NCBI GenBank assembly: GCA_946533615.1
Contig: CAMNBY010000320.1
Coordinates: 1-38,454 of the forward strand
Direction of reading: 5' to 3'
Origin: an uncultured Clostridia bacterium
Lineage (GTDB): Bacteria > Bacillota > Clostridia > Oscillospirales > Ruminococcaceae
DNA: 38,454 nucleotides
In this document: positions 18,986 to 28,789 of the stretch, piece after piece
How the letters are laid out: each line of letters begins with the position of its first letter
Numbering within the stretch: the stretch's first letter is position 1
Translations under genes and position numbers: made by a program
Notes under the pieces: generated by a model
What the model was told of the DNA's origin: nothing
The model's input: the letters and a program-made list of their open reading frames with translations, nothing else
Database searches by the model: none

Positions 18986-19297
18986 ATGGTAACGACTATT
19001 ACAAACAATGATCTTTCGGCAGCAGTAAATTCCGAGTTCGCGCTGGTGGATTTTTCCGCAACATGGTGCGGACCTTGCAGAATGGTGGCACCCATCGTCC
19101 ACGAGCTTGCAGAGGAGATCGACGAGGTGGCATTTTTCAATTGTGACGTTGACGAGAATCCCGATGTGGCTGCACAGTTCGGCATCGAGAGCATTCCGAC
19201 GATCGTGATCCTCAAGAACGGCCAGCCCGTCAGCAAGGTGATAGGCTTCCGCCCGAAGCCCGACCTCGAGGCCTGGATCCGCCAGACCATCGGCTGA
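18986..19297 (+). CDS. trxA: Thioredoxin
   Basis: DFSATWCGPCR, SIPT. Confidence 0.95.
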   Translation: MVTTITNNDLSAAVNSEFALVDFSATWCGPCRMVAPIVHELAEEIDEVAFFNCDVDENPDVAAQFGIESIPTIVILKNGQPVSKVIGFRPKPDLEAWIRQTIG

Positions 19298-19329
19298 TAA
19301 AATAGCAGTTTTTCCTCTTTAACAAAGTT

Positions 19330-19369
19330 ACAGCCGCCGCGTTCAGCCAAGGATGCGGCGGCTGTTTTT
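19330..19369 (+). terminator. Rho-independent terminator
   Basis: ACAGCCGCCGC / GCGGCGGCTGT plus T tract. Confidence 0.8.
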
Positions 19370-19412
19370 GTGCCTAAAAAGCATTGGAAGAATAAACGTA
19401 AATAAACTATAA

Positions 19413-19477
19413 AATACATCAAAAGCGTATTGACAAAGGGGCGTTTTTGATGTATTATTGAATTGTAAACGTTTTAC
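19413..19477 (+). promoter_or_regulatory. xylA promoter with inverted repeat and LacI/cre-like site
   Basis: TTGACA(19430)-17-TATTAT(19453); 15-bp IR 19413-19427 / 19442-19456; TGTAAACGTTTTAC at 19464-19477. Confidence 0.65.
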
Positions 19478-19537
19478 GCGCTTGATTTTTGTGCGTATTG
19501 CAACACAGTTTAATATTATTATATGGAGGTAAAGACA

Positions 19538-20869
19538 ATGGCAGAGTTTTTTGCAAATATCCCCAAGATCCCCTACGAGGGACCCAAGTCCAAGAACCCG
19601 CTTGCATTCAAGTACTATAATCCCGATGAGGTAGTTGGCGGCAAGACCATGAAGGAGCAGCTGAAGTTCGCGCTCTCCTGGTGGCACACAATGGGCGGCG
19701 ACGGCACCGATATGTTCGGCGTCGGCACAGCCGACAAGACCTGGGGCGCTGCCGATCCTGCCGAGAGGGCAAAGGCAAAGGTAGATGCTGCCTTCGAGAT
19801 CATGGACAAGCTTTCCATCAACTATTTCTGCTATCACGACCGCGACCTCTCGCCCGAGTACGGCTCCCTGAAGGAGACAAATGAAAAGTTCGACGAGATC
19901 GTTGACTATGTGGCAGAGAAAATGGCTGCCGACCCCTCGAAGAAGCTGCTCTGGGGCACCGCAAAGTGCTTTGACCATCCGAGATATATGCACGGCGCAG
20001 GCACCTCGCCCTCTGCCGATGTTTTCGCTTATGCAGCTGCACAGATCAAGAAGGCCATCGACTCCACTATCAAGCTGGGCGGCATGGGCTATGTTTTCTG
20101 GGGCGGCCGCGAGGGCTACGAGACCCTGCTTAACACCAACATGGGTCTGGAGCTGGACAACATGGCAAGGCTGCTGAGAATGGCTGTTGACTATGCCCGC
20201 GCTCAGGGCTACAAGGGCGACTTCTACATCGAGCCCAAGCCCAAGGAGCCTACCAAGCATCAGTACGACTTCGACACCGCGACCGTTATCGGCTTCCTGC
20301 GCAAGTACGGCCTTGACAAGGACTTCAAAATGAACATCGAGGCTAACCACGCAACGCTCGCACAGCACACCTTCCAGCACGAGCTGAGGGTCGCAAGGGA
20401 CAACGGCTTCTTCGGCTCCATCGACGCCAACCAGGGCGACGCCCTTCTTGGCTGGGACACCGACCAGTTCCCCACCAACGCTTATGACGCTGCTCTGTGT
20501 ATGTATGAAGTTCTGAAGGCAGGCGGCTTCACCAACGGCGGACTGAACTTTGACGCAAAGGCTCGCCGCGGCTCCTACACTCCCGAGGACATCTTCTACA
20601 GCTACATCGCAGGCATGGACACCTTTGCCCTCGGCCTGAGAGCCGCTGTAAAGCTGATCGAGGACGGCCGCATCGACAAGTTTGTTGACGACAGATACGC
20701 TTCCTGGAACAGCGGCATCGGCGCTGACATCATTGCCGGCAAGGTAACGATGGAGGATCTTGAGAAGTACGCGCTCGAAAAGGGCGAGGTGACCTCTTCC
20801 CTCCAGAGCGGCAGACAGGAGCTGCTCGAGAGCGTTCTGAACGACGTTATGTTCACTGTAAATCTGTAA
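19538..20869 (+). CDS. xylA: Xylose isomerase (class II)
   Basis: [42 protein letters not shown]; ATG after GGAGG. Confidence 0.98.
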   Translation: MAEFFANIPKIPYEGPKSKNPLAFKYYNPDEVVGGKTMKEQLKFALSWWHTMGGDGTDMFGVGTADKTWGAADPAERAKAKVDAAFEIMDKLSINYFCYHDRDLSPEYGSLKETNEKFDEIVDYVAEKMAADPSKKLLWGTAKCFDHPRYMHGAGTSPSADVFAYAAAQIKKAIDSTIKLGGMGYVFWGGREGYETLLNTNMGLELDNMARLLRMAVDYARAQGYKGDFYIEPKPKEPTKHQYDFDTATVIGFLRKYGLDKDFKMNIEANHATLAQHTFQHELRVARDNGFFGSIDANQGDALLGWDTDQFPTNAYDAALCMYEVLKAGGFTNGGLNFDAKARRGSYTPEDIFYSYIAGMDTFALGLRAAVKLIEDGRIDKFVDDRYASWNSGIGADIIAGKVTMEDLEKYALEKGEVTSSLQSGRQELLESVLNDVMFTVNL

Positions 20870-20934
20870 GACCTATCCCCGGGCGTCTCTGCTCTTGCAG
20901 GGACAGCGCCGAGGAGGCTTTGCTCCGAATAATC

Positions 20935-20970
20935 AAAAAGGCTGCGCAGAAATGCTCTGCGCAGCCTTTT
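20935..20970. terminator. Bidirectional terminator
   Basis: AAAAAGGCTGCGCAGA / TCTGCGCAGCCTTTT. Confidence 0.85.
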
Positions 20971-20989
20971 CCTTTTTTCTCCTGTTTTC

Positions 20990-21214
20990 TTACAAAGAAT
21001 TGAGCTTCTTTTGCAGCTCGATCATGTGGTTGCGGCAGGCGGTTATCTCGCCGGTGTACTTGTTGAACCACTCGACGTCCATTTCGTCAGGCTCCTCCTG
21101 CAAAAGCACGGCCTGCACCAGCGCCGACTGGGAACGCGAGCGCTTACGCTCTATCTCCTCGATGGTCTGGCGGCAGATCTTGATCTCCTTTTTAAGCTTT
21201 CTCTTCTCACTCAT
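20990..21214 (-). CDS. Small helical hypothetical protein, last gene of the minus-strand operon
   Basis: GAGGAG RBS, host-like codon use, ends at terminator. Confidence 0.75.
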   Translation of the reverse strand: MSEKRKLKKEIKICRQTIEEIERKRSRSQSALVQAVLLQEEPDEMDVEWFNKYTGEITACRNHMIELQKKLNSL

Positions 21215-21229
21215 GCTGCGAACTCCTCT

Positions 21230-21682
21230 CTAATTCCCTTTTAGGTCGATGCTTTCGATGACAGCCTCCAGCTCATCATAGCCCTTGTCGAGCTCCTCGA
21301 TGATATGGTCAATGGCTGTTTTTACCCCTTCCATCTTTTCCTGCATCTGCTCGGGATACTTTATCAGGCAGGTGTTCAGCTCGTTTATGATCTTCTGCCT
21401 GTCTTCAAAGTCGTTTATCAGGAACGCAAAGGAATTTGCGCCGCTGACATAGCTTGACGCCCGCCGATAGATCAGCTGATGATCGCCCTCGGGTTCAAGG
21501 AAGAAGCCGATCTCCTCGCTGGCGTGTTTCAGCTCGGTCATATACTGGCTGCGGTAGGTCTCCTGAACGCGGCGGGTCTCGTCGATATAAAGCCCGATAA
21601 AAACGGCAAGAGCGATAAACGCGATAAGCATCAGCACGATAGCTGTTATCATTCTACGCTTCATTATCTTCTCTTGATTCAT
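21230..21682 (-). CDS. Single-TM hypothetical protein
   Basis: AAGGAG RBS, N-terminal TM, overlaps upstream gene by 29 nt. Confidence 0.8.
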   Translation of the reverse strand: MNQEKIMKRRMITAIVLMLIAFIALAVFIGLYIDETRRVQETYRSQYMTELKHASEEIGFFLEPEGDHQLIYRRASSYVSGANSFAFLINDFEDRQKIINELNTCLIKYPEQMQEKMEGVKTAIDHIIEELDKGYDELEAVIESIDLKGN

Positions 21683-24632
21683 CCGTCTTCACTCCTTTGG
21701 CTGCAAGATCCTGCTGTGCCAGCCTCAGCTTTTCCTGCTCGATAGCTGCACGCATAAGGCGCTTGTGTTCCGCCTCGTTCTCGCGGCGTTTCTCGTCAAG
21801 CGCTTCGCCGCCAAGCCTTGCAATGCTCCTGATCTCGAAGACTGCGCCGACTGCGACCAGGATTATCACCGCCAGCAGCAGTATCTTCCTGACATCGGCA
21901 AAGGTGCCGAGCCAGTTGAAGAACCTTGCTTTTCCTGCATATTTTCCTATTATCTTTTCGGGCCTTACGGGAGCCGAGTCGGGAGTGTCGTTAGGCTCCC
22001 CGTCCGACTTGGTGTCGCCCTTTGTAATAAATGTTCCGTCCTCGCGGCACTCGATTATCCGGTGGGTGACGATCTTGCCATCGACGTCCTCCTGCTCGGA
22101 GTAGAAGGAGATAACGTCCCCTTCCTCGAGCGTATCGGTGTCTGCTTCCTCGGCTATTATATAATCGCCGACGTGTATCGAGGGCTCCATGCTGCCTGTG
22201 ACTACTCTGAGCACTGTCTTGCCGAAGACCTCGGTAGCCTTGCCTCGCGAAGCATTGAACAGCACATAACCGCAGAAGGCGATCAGTGCAACGGTAATCA
22301 CCGCCAGCAGGATATCAATTATCCGCTTTACTCCGCGTTCCGGCTGTTGGTCGGGCTCGGCGGCGGAGTCAGTTTTTTTTTGCGAGACTGCCTGCTTTAT
22401 CTCTATGCGCTGCCTCTGCTTTTCCTTACGCCACCTTGCAAAGCGCTCTATCCTTGAGACGTGATACTCTCTGTAGAGGCGCTTCATCTCCATATCTATC
22501 TCGCGCTGCTGCTCGGCAGTACGCTGAGGCGGAGTATACACAGGCTTCGGCTTGCCCTTGGCCTGCTGCAAGCGCTTCTTCTTGAACTTTCTGTCTTCCA
22601 GATACCTTCGCAGGCGGTACTTGAAGGTTCGCGCATACTTGCGGTAGTATGCCTCCATCTTGTTGCGCTCTTCGGTCTCGCGCTGCTTCTGAGCCTTCTT
22701 TGCTTCCAGCTCTGCGCGCAGCTTTTTGAAGTCGGGGTTGTCCGTATCTGCGGGTATGATATGGAACCAATAAACAAGGATATATCTGATGAGCCTTTCG
22801 AGCAGTCTGACGGGGTTCTTGGAATACTCCCAGCGGATCTCCTCGAAGGGCTTGCTCTCGAAGCGCTGACGCTCTGCTTTGAGGCGCTGGGCGCGTTCTT
22901 TTTCGCGGCGTTCCCGTTCGCGCTTCTGCTGCTCCAGCTTCATGCGGGCAGCGACAGCTCTGGGATCCTCGAACTCGGGCTCGTGCTCCTGTTCGGCGGC
23001 CTCCTCCTCGAGCTGAGCCTTGGCCTCTTCGATCTCGGCCTCGGTGACCTGCTCGTAGGCCTGCTTCTCCAGCTCGGCCTCGTCGGTGCCTGTCAGCTCG
23101 CTCTCGTCCATGCCTTCGGCTTCGCCAAGCTCAGAGCGCATCTTGTTCTTGTTAAGCAGCACACGCTCGCGTTCTGCGGCAGCGCGTTCTTCTTCCTCGC
23201 GGCGGAGGCGTTCCTCCTCCTCAAGGCGGCGCTGCTCCTCGAGCCTTGCCTGACGTTCGGCCTCAAGCCGCGCACGCTCGCGCTCTTCCTCTTCCTGCTC
23301 GCGCTTTTTCTGCTCGATGAGCTCCTGGATACGGCGCTGCTCTTCTTCCTGTTCGAGGCGTATGCGTTCGCGTTCCTCGCGCTTGGCCTCCTCGATGCGG
23401 CGCTGCTCCTCGAGCTTGCGCTCCTCCTCGAGGCGGACTCTCTCGGCCTCTTCCTCGGCCTTGAGCTGAGCCTGACGCTCGGCCTCTCTTGCGGCAAGGT
23501 AGGCTTTTTCGATCTTTATTGCCTCGCCGATCTGGTCAAAGACCTGAGTCATATTGGCGGGCAGCTTCTTTGTCAGCTTGAACTCGCCGTCGGCGGAGAT
23601 ATAGCCCACGGCGGCTTCGGTCTGTATCGCGTAATCCGCGGCGACTTCCTTGTCGAACTGCTTGACGAACCTTGGCACCAGCGGCTTTGAGCGCTTGGTC
23701 TTCAGCTCCTCCATGTCATATCCGTTATTATCGGTATATGAGCGGAAGAGCATGAGGTTCATGACTATCAGCTTATAGAAATCCTCGATGTAGTCGTCCT
23801 CGGGCTTAACTGCGGTGTTTTCGATGTTTATCTCATAGCCGACCTTATCGTAACCGACGATATACTGCCAGAGGGTAAGGCAGGCCTTGAGGTCAACGTT
23901 TTTCATTATGGCGTTGGTACGCATAACGGGAGGGCGGATAAAGGTATTGCCGAGCGTCATGCAAAGCTCGGAGCCCTTATAGCCCTCAATTATTTTTTTC
24001 AGCTTCTCGACGCGCTGCCAGATGGTATAGCCGTTGGCGTCCACGCTGTCGAGGGTCTCCGAGGTCTCGATCTTAAGCTCGATCTTCATTTTGCCGCCAT
24101 AGCCGTCATCCAGCATGGTATCATAGCCGAGGGAGAATACCTCCTCGTCCTTGGCGACCTGCGCCAGCTTTTCGTATCTTGTGTTTATAAATATATACAG
24201 CCTGTCGATGAGCGTGTTCACGAACTTGTTCTCGTATGTGAACATACTCTCTTCTTTATGGACATTGAGTATCTTTGAGGGGGTTATCTTTCCCGTGCGC
24301 TTGTCGATGCTCTGTATCAGATCGGTATGCTGAGCCAGATGCTTGACAGACTCGACGGTTATCTTCCGCGAGCGCTCGATAGGCACGATCTCCTCGACGT
24401 CCTCGATCGTCCTGCTTGGGTTTCTGAGCACGTTATCAACATGGATAAGGCCGTTCTCGATCGCCTCTACCCATGAGACATCTATTGCTTTTTCAAGCAG
24501 CTTGCGGTTAAAGGCGAAGGTATTCCTGCTCTGGTGGAGCAGCGAATCGAGGGAGTCAAACAGCTCATCATCGCCGAATTCGCTTACTGCTGTTTTGAAT
24601 TCATCATACCACTTGCCGTAAAAGCTGTTCAA
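21654..24632 (-). CDS. Fusion: DUF2357 (McrC-like N-terminal domain) + long E/R/K helix + SipW-type signal peptidase I
   Basis: N-term EEIVPIE.SRKIT.ES..HLAQH, PSKILN, TYENKF; C-term TM, VVTGSMEP, VTHRI, TKGD, second TM; TTG start. Confidence 0.8.
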   Translation of the reverse strand: MNSFYGKWYDEFKTAVSEFGDDELFDSLDSLLHQSRNTFAFNRKLLEKAIDVSWVEAIENGLIHVDNVLRNPSRTIEDVEEIVPIERSRKITVESVKHLAQHTDLIQSIDKRTGKITPSKILNVHKEESMFTYENKFVNTLIDRLYIFINTRYEKLAQVAKDEEVFSLGYDTMLDDGYGGKMKIELKIETSETLDSVDANGYTIWQRVEKLKKIIEGYKGSELCMTLGNTFIRPPVMRTNAIMKNVDLKACLTLWQYIVGYDKVGYEINIENTAVKPEDDYIEDFYKLIVMNLMLFRSYTDNNGYDMEELKTKRSKPLVPRFVKQFDKEVAADYAIQTEAAVGYISADGEFKLTKKLPANMTQVFDQIGEAIKIEKAYLAAREAERQAQLKAEEEAERVRLEEERKLEEQRRIEEAKREERERIRLEQEEEQRRIQELIEQKKREQEEEERERARLEAERQARLEEQRRLEEEERLRREEEERAAAERERVLLNKNKMRSELGEAEGMDESELTGTDEAELEKQAYEQVTEAEIEEAKAQLEEEAAEQEHEPEFEDPRAVAARMKLEQQKRERERREKERAQRLKAERQRFESKPFEEIRWEYSKNPVRLLERLIRYILVYWFHIIPADTDNPDFKKLRAELEAKKAQKQRETEERNKMEAYYRKYARTFKYRLRRYLEDRKFKKKRLQQAKGKPKPVYTPPQRTAEQQREIDMEMKRLYREYHVSRIERFARWRKEKQRQRIEIKQAVSQKKTDSAAEPDQQPERGVKRIIDILLAVITVALIAFCGYVLFNASRGKATEVFGKTVLRVVTGSMEPSIHVGDYIIAEEADTDTLEEGDVISFYSEQEDVDGKIVTHRIIECREDGTFITKGDTKSDGEPNDTPDSAPVRPEKIIGKYAGKARFFNWLGTFADVRKILLLAVIILVAVGAVFEIRSIARLGGEALDEKRRENEAEHKRLMRAAIEQEKLRLAQQDLAAKGVKTDESREDNEA

Positions 24633-24675
24633 CCGCTGCTCACCGCCTTTCTTTTTCAGATGTCAGATATCAGTA

Positions 24676-26241
24676 TCAGAACAGCTTCTGCAGTCTCTCG
24701 AGGTATGCGACAGACTCGTTCATCTTGTTCTTTCCGAAGGTCTTGTTGATGTAGACTACCAGCTCGCGGAGCTCGTCACGGAGCATCGCAAGGTTCAGGG
24801 ACTCGAACTTTCTGAAGATCTTGGTCGCCAGAACATAGTCGATACCGTCAAGCTCGTCGCCGCCGCAGGCGACATAAACGGGCACGAACAGACCCATCTG
24901 CTTCAGGATACGGTTACCGAAGGCAACTCTGAGCTTTTCAATTACCCAGAGATCCATCTGCTGTATCTTTTTAAGATTCTCCTGAGAGATAGGATATTTC
25001 TCGAAGGCTTCCTTAAACAGCTTGTCGAGGTGGTCGAAGCCGATATTTATCGGCGGGGTATCGGGTGCATCGAAGGCGATGCCCTTTGCGTCAAGGTTTA
25101 TAGGCTGGGCACGGTCATATACCTTATCGGAGATAGCGTAGGTGGAGTCGTCGTTATTGGCGGTACCTATATACCAGACGTTCTGAGGGATAATGAGCTT
25201 GCCGCGGTCCAGCTTGACAGGGTCGGTGCTCCATACGTTAGGCACGAGGTCAAGCTCCCACTCATCGGCGTTGGGCATTTCGAGAATGGAGAGCATCTCG
25301 GCGAAGTAATACTCGATACGGGCGATGTTCATCTCGTCGAGGAGGATGAAGTTTACATCGTTATTATAGCCCGATGAGTATATCCTTTTGAGGACCTCGG
25401 TCTCGTTGAAGTTCTTGGTGAATTCATTGAAGTAGCCGAAGAGCTCGGTGCGGTCACGCCACGAAGGCTGAACAGATGCGATAGTCGTATCGTTCTGGAG
25501 GAACTTTCCGAAGGAGTAAGGCAGGGACGTTTTACCTGTACCAGAGATACCCTGAAGGATAATGAGCTTTGTAGAGGCCATACCCGCAACAAAGAGGCGG
25601 ATAGTCTTCTTCTCGTAATAGAGGTTCATACGGGAGCAGGCAAAATTCCTGTAGCGGTCGCAGAACTCCTCGAGGGTGATCTCGTTGTCGTACTCAGGCG
25701 GAGTATAATTCCTGTAAAATGCGTCCACCTCGAGCAGGCGCGAGAAGCGGCGGTCTGCGGTCTGGATAACGCCCTCCTCGACGACTGTGGCCTCTCCGCC
25801 TTCGCCGCCCTCGTAGGGCACGGTGCTGCCGTCGGCAAGGGAGAGCGAGCCCGAAACAGGCAGACCCATCTGGGCGACCTTCATGGCCATGATCTCGTCC
25901 TTTTCCTTAGTCATTTTCAGCACCTGCCGCTGCAGGTCGGAGATCTCCTCAAGCAGATCCTCGTTGCTGACGATGGAGTGGCGGAAGCGCACATACTTTC
26001 TGACGGCGAGAATGATGATGAACGCCAGCAGCAGGTACACCGCAACTACAAGGATCAGCGACAGCACGGCCAGTATCCAGCTCAGCGCAGTAAAATCCGT
26101 TGAGTAGCTCTTGAAGATATCAATATAATTCTTGATATTGAAAATTTGTACTATTCCGTGTCCAATGCCCTTGAAGATAGTGGCAAAGCCCTTGAGCATC
26201 TCGGATATGAACACGAAGAACCATCTAAGAAATCCGTTCAT
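24676..26241 (-). CDS. Membrane-anchored McrB-like AAA+ NTPase
   Basis: N-terminal TM and coiled coil; GISGTGKT, VQPSW, LLDEMN.ARIEYYF, GTANNDD (McrB NxxD signature), KVYDRA. Confidence 0.85.
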   Translation of the reverse strand: MNGFLRWFFVFISEMLKGFATIFKGIGHGIVQIFNIKNYIDIFKSYSTDFTALSWILAVLSLILVVAVYLLLAFIIILAVRKYVRFRHSIVSNEDLLEEISDLQRQVLKMTKEKDEIMAMKVAQMGLPVSGSLSLADGSTVPYEGGEGGEATVVEEGVIQTADRRFSRLLEVDAFYRNYTPPEYDNEITLEEFCDRYRNFACSRMNLYYEKKTIRLFVAGMASTKLIILQGISGTGKTSLPYSFGKFLQNDTTIASVQPSWRDRTELFGYFNEFTKNFNETEVLKRIYSSGYNNDVNFILLDEMNIARIEYYFAEMLSILEMPNADEWELDLVPNVWSTDPVKLDRGKLIIPQNVWYIGTANNDDSTYAISDKVYDRAQPINLDAKGIAFDAPDTPPINIGFDHLDKLFKEAFEKYPISQENLKKIQQMDLWVIEKLRVAFGNRILKQMGLFVPVYVACGGDELDGIDYVLATKIFRKFESLNLAMLRDELRELVVYINKTFGKNKMNESVAYLERLQKLF

Positions 26242-26260
26242 AGCTTTCTCCGATCAAATA

Positions 26261-26986
26261 TTATTCCTCAGTTTTTTCAGAGGTTTCCTGCTTGTTATCG
26301 TCGCTGTCGGGCTGCGCCGCTTCGTTTTTTTCGTCAGCCGCTTGTTCACCCGAGGCCTCGGCCTCCTTGGCCTTCTGGCTGGCTATGTACTCCTCGACGG
26401 CTCGGCGCTTGATCTCCTCCTCGTCGTCCTCGGTGATCGAGGGGCGCTTGATCTCGATGAGGGTAGCGATGAACTTATAAAGCTCGAAGAGGAAGAAGAG
26501 CGCCATTGGGATAAGTATGCAGATGAAGAAGCCCTTCTGCGTTCCGAGGAAGCGCATCACCTTGCCGAACCCGGGGATCCTTGAACCTGTCCACTTGCCG
26601 ATGATATCGGCGGGCTTGACGCTTGTGGAGTCGTCGGTGGGGTTGTTGTCGCCTCGTGTGGTGAAGCTGAGAGTGCCGTTCTGGTCGTCTATATCGACGA
26701 TCCTATGCGTGTTCTTCACGCGCTGGCCGTCAATGTACGTCCAGAAGGTAATGACGTCGTCCTCTTTCAGGTCATAGACGTCGTCCACCTCGCGGCAGAT
26801 TATGAGGTCATCGGTCTTGAAGGTGGGCTTCATCGAATCCGACTCGACGGTCAGGGGAATAAAGCCGAAAAGATTTGCGACGCCGTTGTTTCTTCCCGTG
26901 GAAAATACCACCAGGGTGACCAGCAGCGCAAATATCAGCAGCACCCAGGCGAGAACGTTGACTACGATTTTAAGTACTTTTTTCAT
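26261..26986 (-). CDS. sipW: SipW-type (ER-type, Ser/His) signal peptidase I
   Basis: TM, VESDSMKP, NTHRI, TRGDNN, IIGK, second TM. Confidence 0.9.
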   Translation of the reverse strand: MKKVLKIVVNVLAWVLLIFALLVTLVVFSTGRNNGVANLFGFIPLTVESDSMKPTFKTDDLIICREVDDVYDLKEDDVITFWTYIDGQRVKNTHRIVDIDDQNGTLSFTTRGDNNPTDDSTSVKPADIIGKWTGSRIPGFGKVMRFLGTQKGFFICILIPMALFFLFELYKFIATLIEIKRPSITEDDEEEIKRRAVEEYIASQKAKEAEASGEQAADEKNEAAQPDSDDNKQETSEKTEE

Positions 26987-27008
26987 ATCCTTAACTCCTT
27001 AACTCAGA

Positions 27009-27746
27009 TCAGGTGGTCTCTGTTATCTTAAAGTCCATCGAGAGCTTCAGCGTTCCGCCGATAAGCTCATCGACACAGTCGGGGTCGTTGCCCTCGAGCC
27101 AGATAACTACCGTATATTTATCCTTGGCCTTTGGCTCGAAGTCCTCGCGCTGGTTCCGCATTACGATCGTTGAGGAAAGGAACTCGCTGTCACAGTCGCC
27201 CTCCTTGCCTGAACCATCTGACTTCGTTTTGCCGTAGACGGTCTTTTCGCCGTTGTAGTAGACGGCGATCCTCACAGCCTCGTCAACGTTCTTGGTAACA
27301 TTTTCTATATTCATTTCGCCCTCGTAGGAGAGGGTATCGCTTCCCGAATTGATAAGGTAGAAGGTATAAGCGATGTAGCTTTCGCCGTTATGGCTGCCGT
27401 TTATCATGTCGATATTATCGGGCAGGTCCTCGCCGCTGATATTGGTCATATCGTAGACTATATCGGCATTCAGGGTCGAGATGGTCTTCTCGAACTCGGG
27501 AGTTTCCGAGAGTGTCAGTCCCTGCCGCATCATATCATATTTATTCACCTTTACGGTAAAGCTTCCGTATTTATCATAGAAATACGAGATAGCGTAGGCG
27601 ATGGCGATGATCGCGACGAGTATTATCACAAGCAGTCCAAGTATCCTTGTAATAATAACGTATCGCTTGACCTCCTTGGCCGAACGGCGGAGCTCAAGGA
27701 CATCGACCATTTTGCCTGACCTTGGTTCCTGTTTCTTGTCACTCAA
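27009..27746 (-). CDS. Membrane-anchored protein homologous to the TasA-like subunit at 28790-29836
   Basis: One TM; shared motifs YTFYL, VRIAV, WLEGNDPDC; TTG start after AAGGAG. Confidence 0.7.
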   Translation of the reverse strand: MSDKKQEPRSGKMVDVLELRRSAKEVKRYVIITRILGLLVIILVAIIAIAYAISYFYDKYGSFTVKVNKYDMMRQGLTLSETPEFEKTISTLNADIVYDMTNISGEDLPDNIDMINGSHNGESYIAYTFYLINSGSDTLSYEGEMNIENVTKNVDEAVRIAVYYNGEKTVYGKTKSDGSGKEGDCDSEFLSSTIVMRNQREDFEPKAKDKYTVVIWLEGNDPDCVDELIGGTLKLSMDFKITETT

Positions 27747-27805
27747 AGCAGATTCTCCTTTGTATGTGAATTTGGTATGTTCCGAGCCCTGCGGCTCGGG
27801 TGGTA

Positions 27806-28564
27806 TTATTGATCCTCGTTTTTGCGCCTGATGTAGCGCTCGGACATATAGTTCCCTACGAGGGCGCCTGCACAGTAGTTGCAGCCGAAGCTGTAGAGCT
27901 GCTCGGCCTGTTTTGCACTGCGGACGCCGTCGGCGACGGGGATAGCCTCCAGCTCGGAGACGAAATCTATGATCGACTTCACTGCGCCGTCGGAGCGCTC
28001 GCTGCGGCCGAGGAACTGTGTCACCTCGGGAGAGAGCATAACGTAATCCACGTCGAACTCCGAGAGCTTCATCATCGGGCAGGAGTCGGAGCCGAAGCCC
28101 GTGAGCATAAAGTGAAAGCCCTTGTTCCTGAGGTTCAGCAGTGTTCTTGCGGCCTTGCCGTCGCTCTGTTCAAGCAGCTTTGCCGAAAGCGCGAAGCACA
28201 TCTTGTTGGTGTTGACCTTGAAGCGCTCGCAGAAGCCCATGATGTTATATTCCGCGCGGGGGTTTTTCAGGTAATCTGCGGGCATATAGACCGAGAGCCA
28301 GTCGAAGACGATCTCGCGCTCGGTGAATTTTGCGCAGGCCTCGAGAGCCTGGACGAGTTCGAGCTCGAAGAGGGAGATACACTGGTTTGTGATCTCGGAG
28401 ACATCGCGGAAGCTTTCGGGCATCATGACGCCGAGCGCAGGAGTATTAAGTCTTGTCTGAGACTGTAGGAATGCGGTGCTGCCGCTTGAGATCTCTCTTA
28501 TAACGCGGTAATAGAGCTCAACGGCTCTGAGTCCGCCTACGGTAGTCTGAACTTCCTGTTCCAC
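27806..28564 (-). CDS. Degenerate stand-alone EAL domain protein
   Basis: EAL scaffold with EAL>QSQ, DDFGTG>TGFGSD, EGVE>DGVR, QG>AG; GTG start after GGGAGG. Confidence 0.8.
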   Translation of the reverse strand: MEQEVQTTVGGLRAVELYYRVIREISSGSTAFLQSQTRLNTPALGVMMPESFRDVSEITNQCISLFELELVQALEACAKFTEREIVFDWLSVYMPADYLKNPRAEYNIMGFCERFKVNTNKMCFALSAKLLEQSDGKAARTLLNLRNKGFHFMLTGFGSDSCPMMKLSEFDVDYVMLSPEVTQFLGRSERSDGAVKSIIDFVSELEAIPVADGVRSAKQAEQLYSFGCNYCAGALVGNYMSERYIRRKNEDQ

Positions 28565-28606
28565 GCTGCACCTCCCGATGATTTTTAAGCACAGATACTC
28601 TATTCT

Positions 28607-28635
28607 ATTATACAACATATTCACTAAAATGTCAA
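28607..28635 (-). promoter_or_regulatory. Consensus sigma-A promoter of the EAL-SipW-McrB operon
   Basis: TTGACA-17bp-TATAAT on minus strand. Confidence 0.8.
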
Positions 28636-28722
28636 TTATTTGTGGGCTGTATTTTAAGTAATTTATAATAAATCACAATGTTTGTATAAAGAATTGTACC
28701 ATAATGTTAAAAAAGCGGGCAT

Positions 28723-28754
28723 AAAAAAATCCCCCGGACTTGTGATCCGGGGGA
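28723..28754 (-). terminator. Terminator of TasA-like gene
   Basis: TCCCCCGGA / TCCGGGGGA stem followed by T7 on minus strand. Confidence 0.8.
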
Positions 28755-28789
28755 CATGGTTGTTTAGTTAGTTAAGTTTTAAGCTTTGA

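Noticed and set aside
21654-26241. Ordinary McrBC type IV restriction system
   Set aside because: No DNA-reading domain or visible nuclease motif; both proteins have TM segments; context is secretion-related
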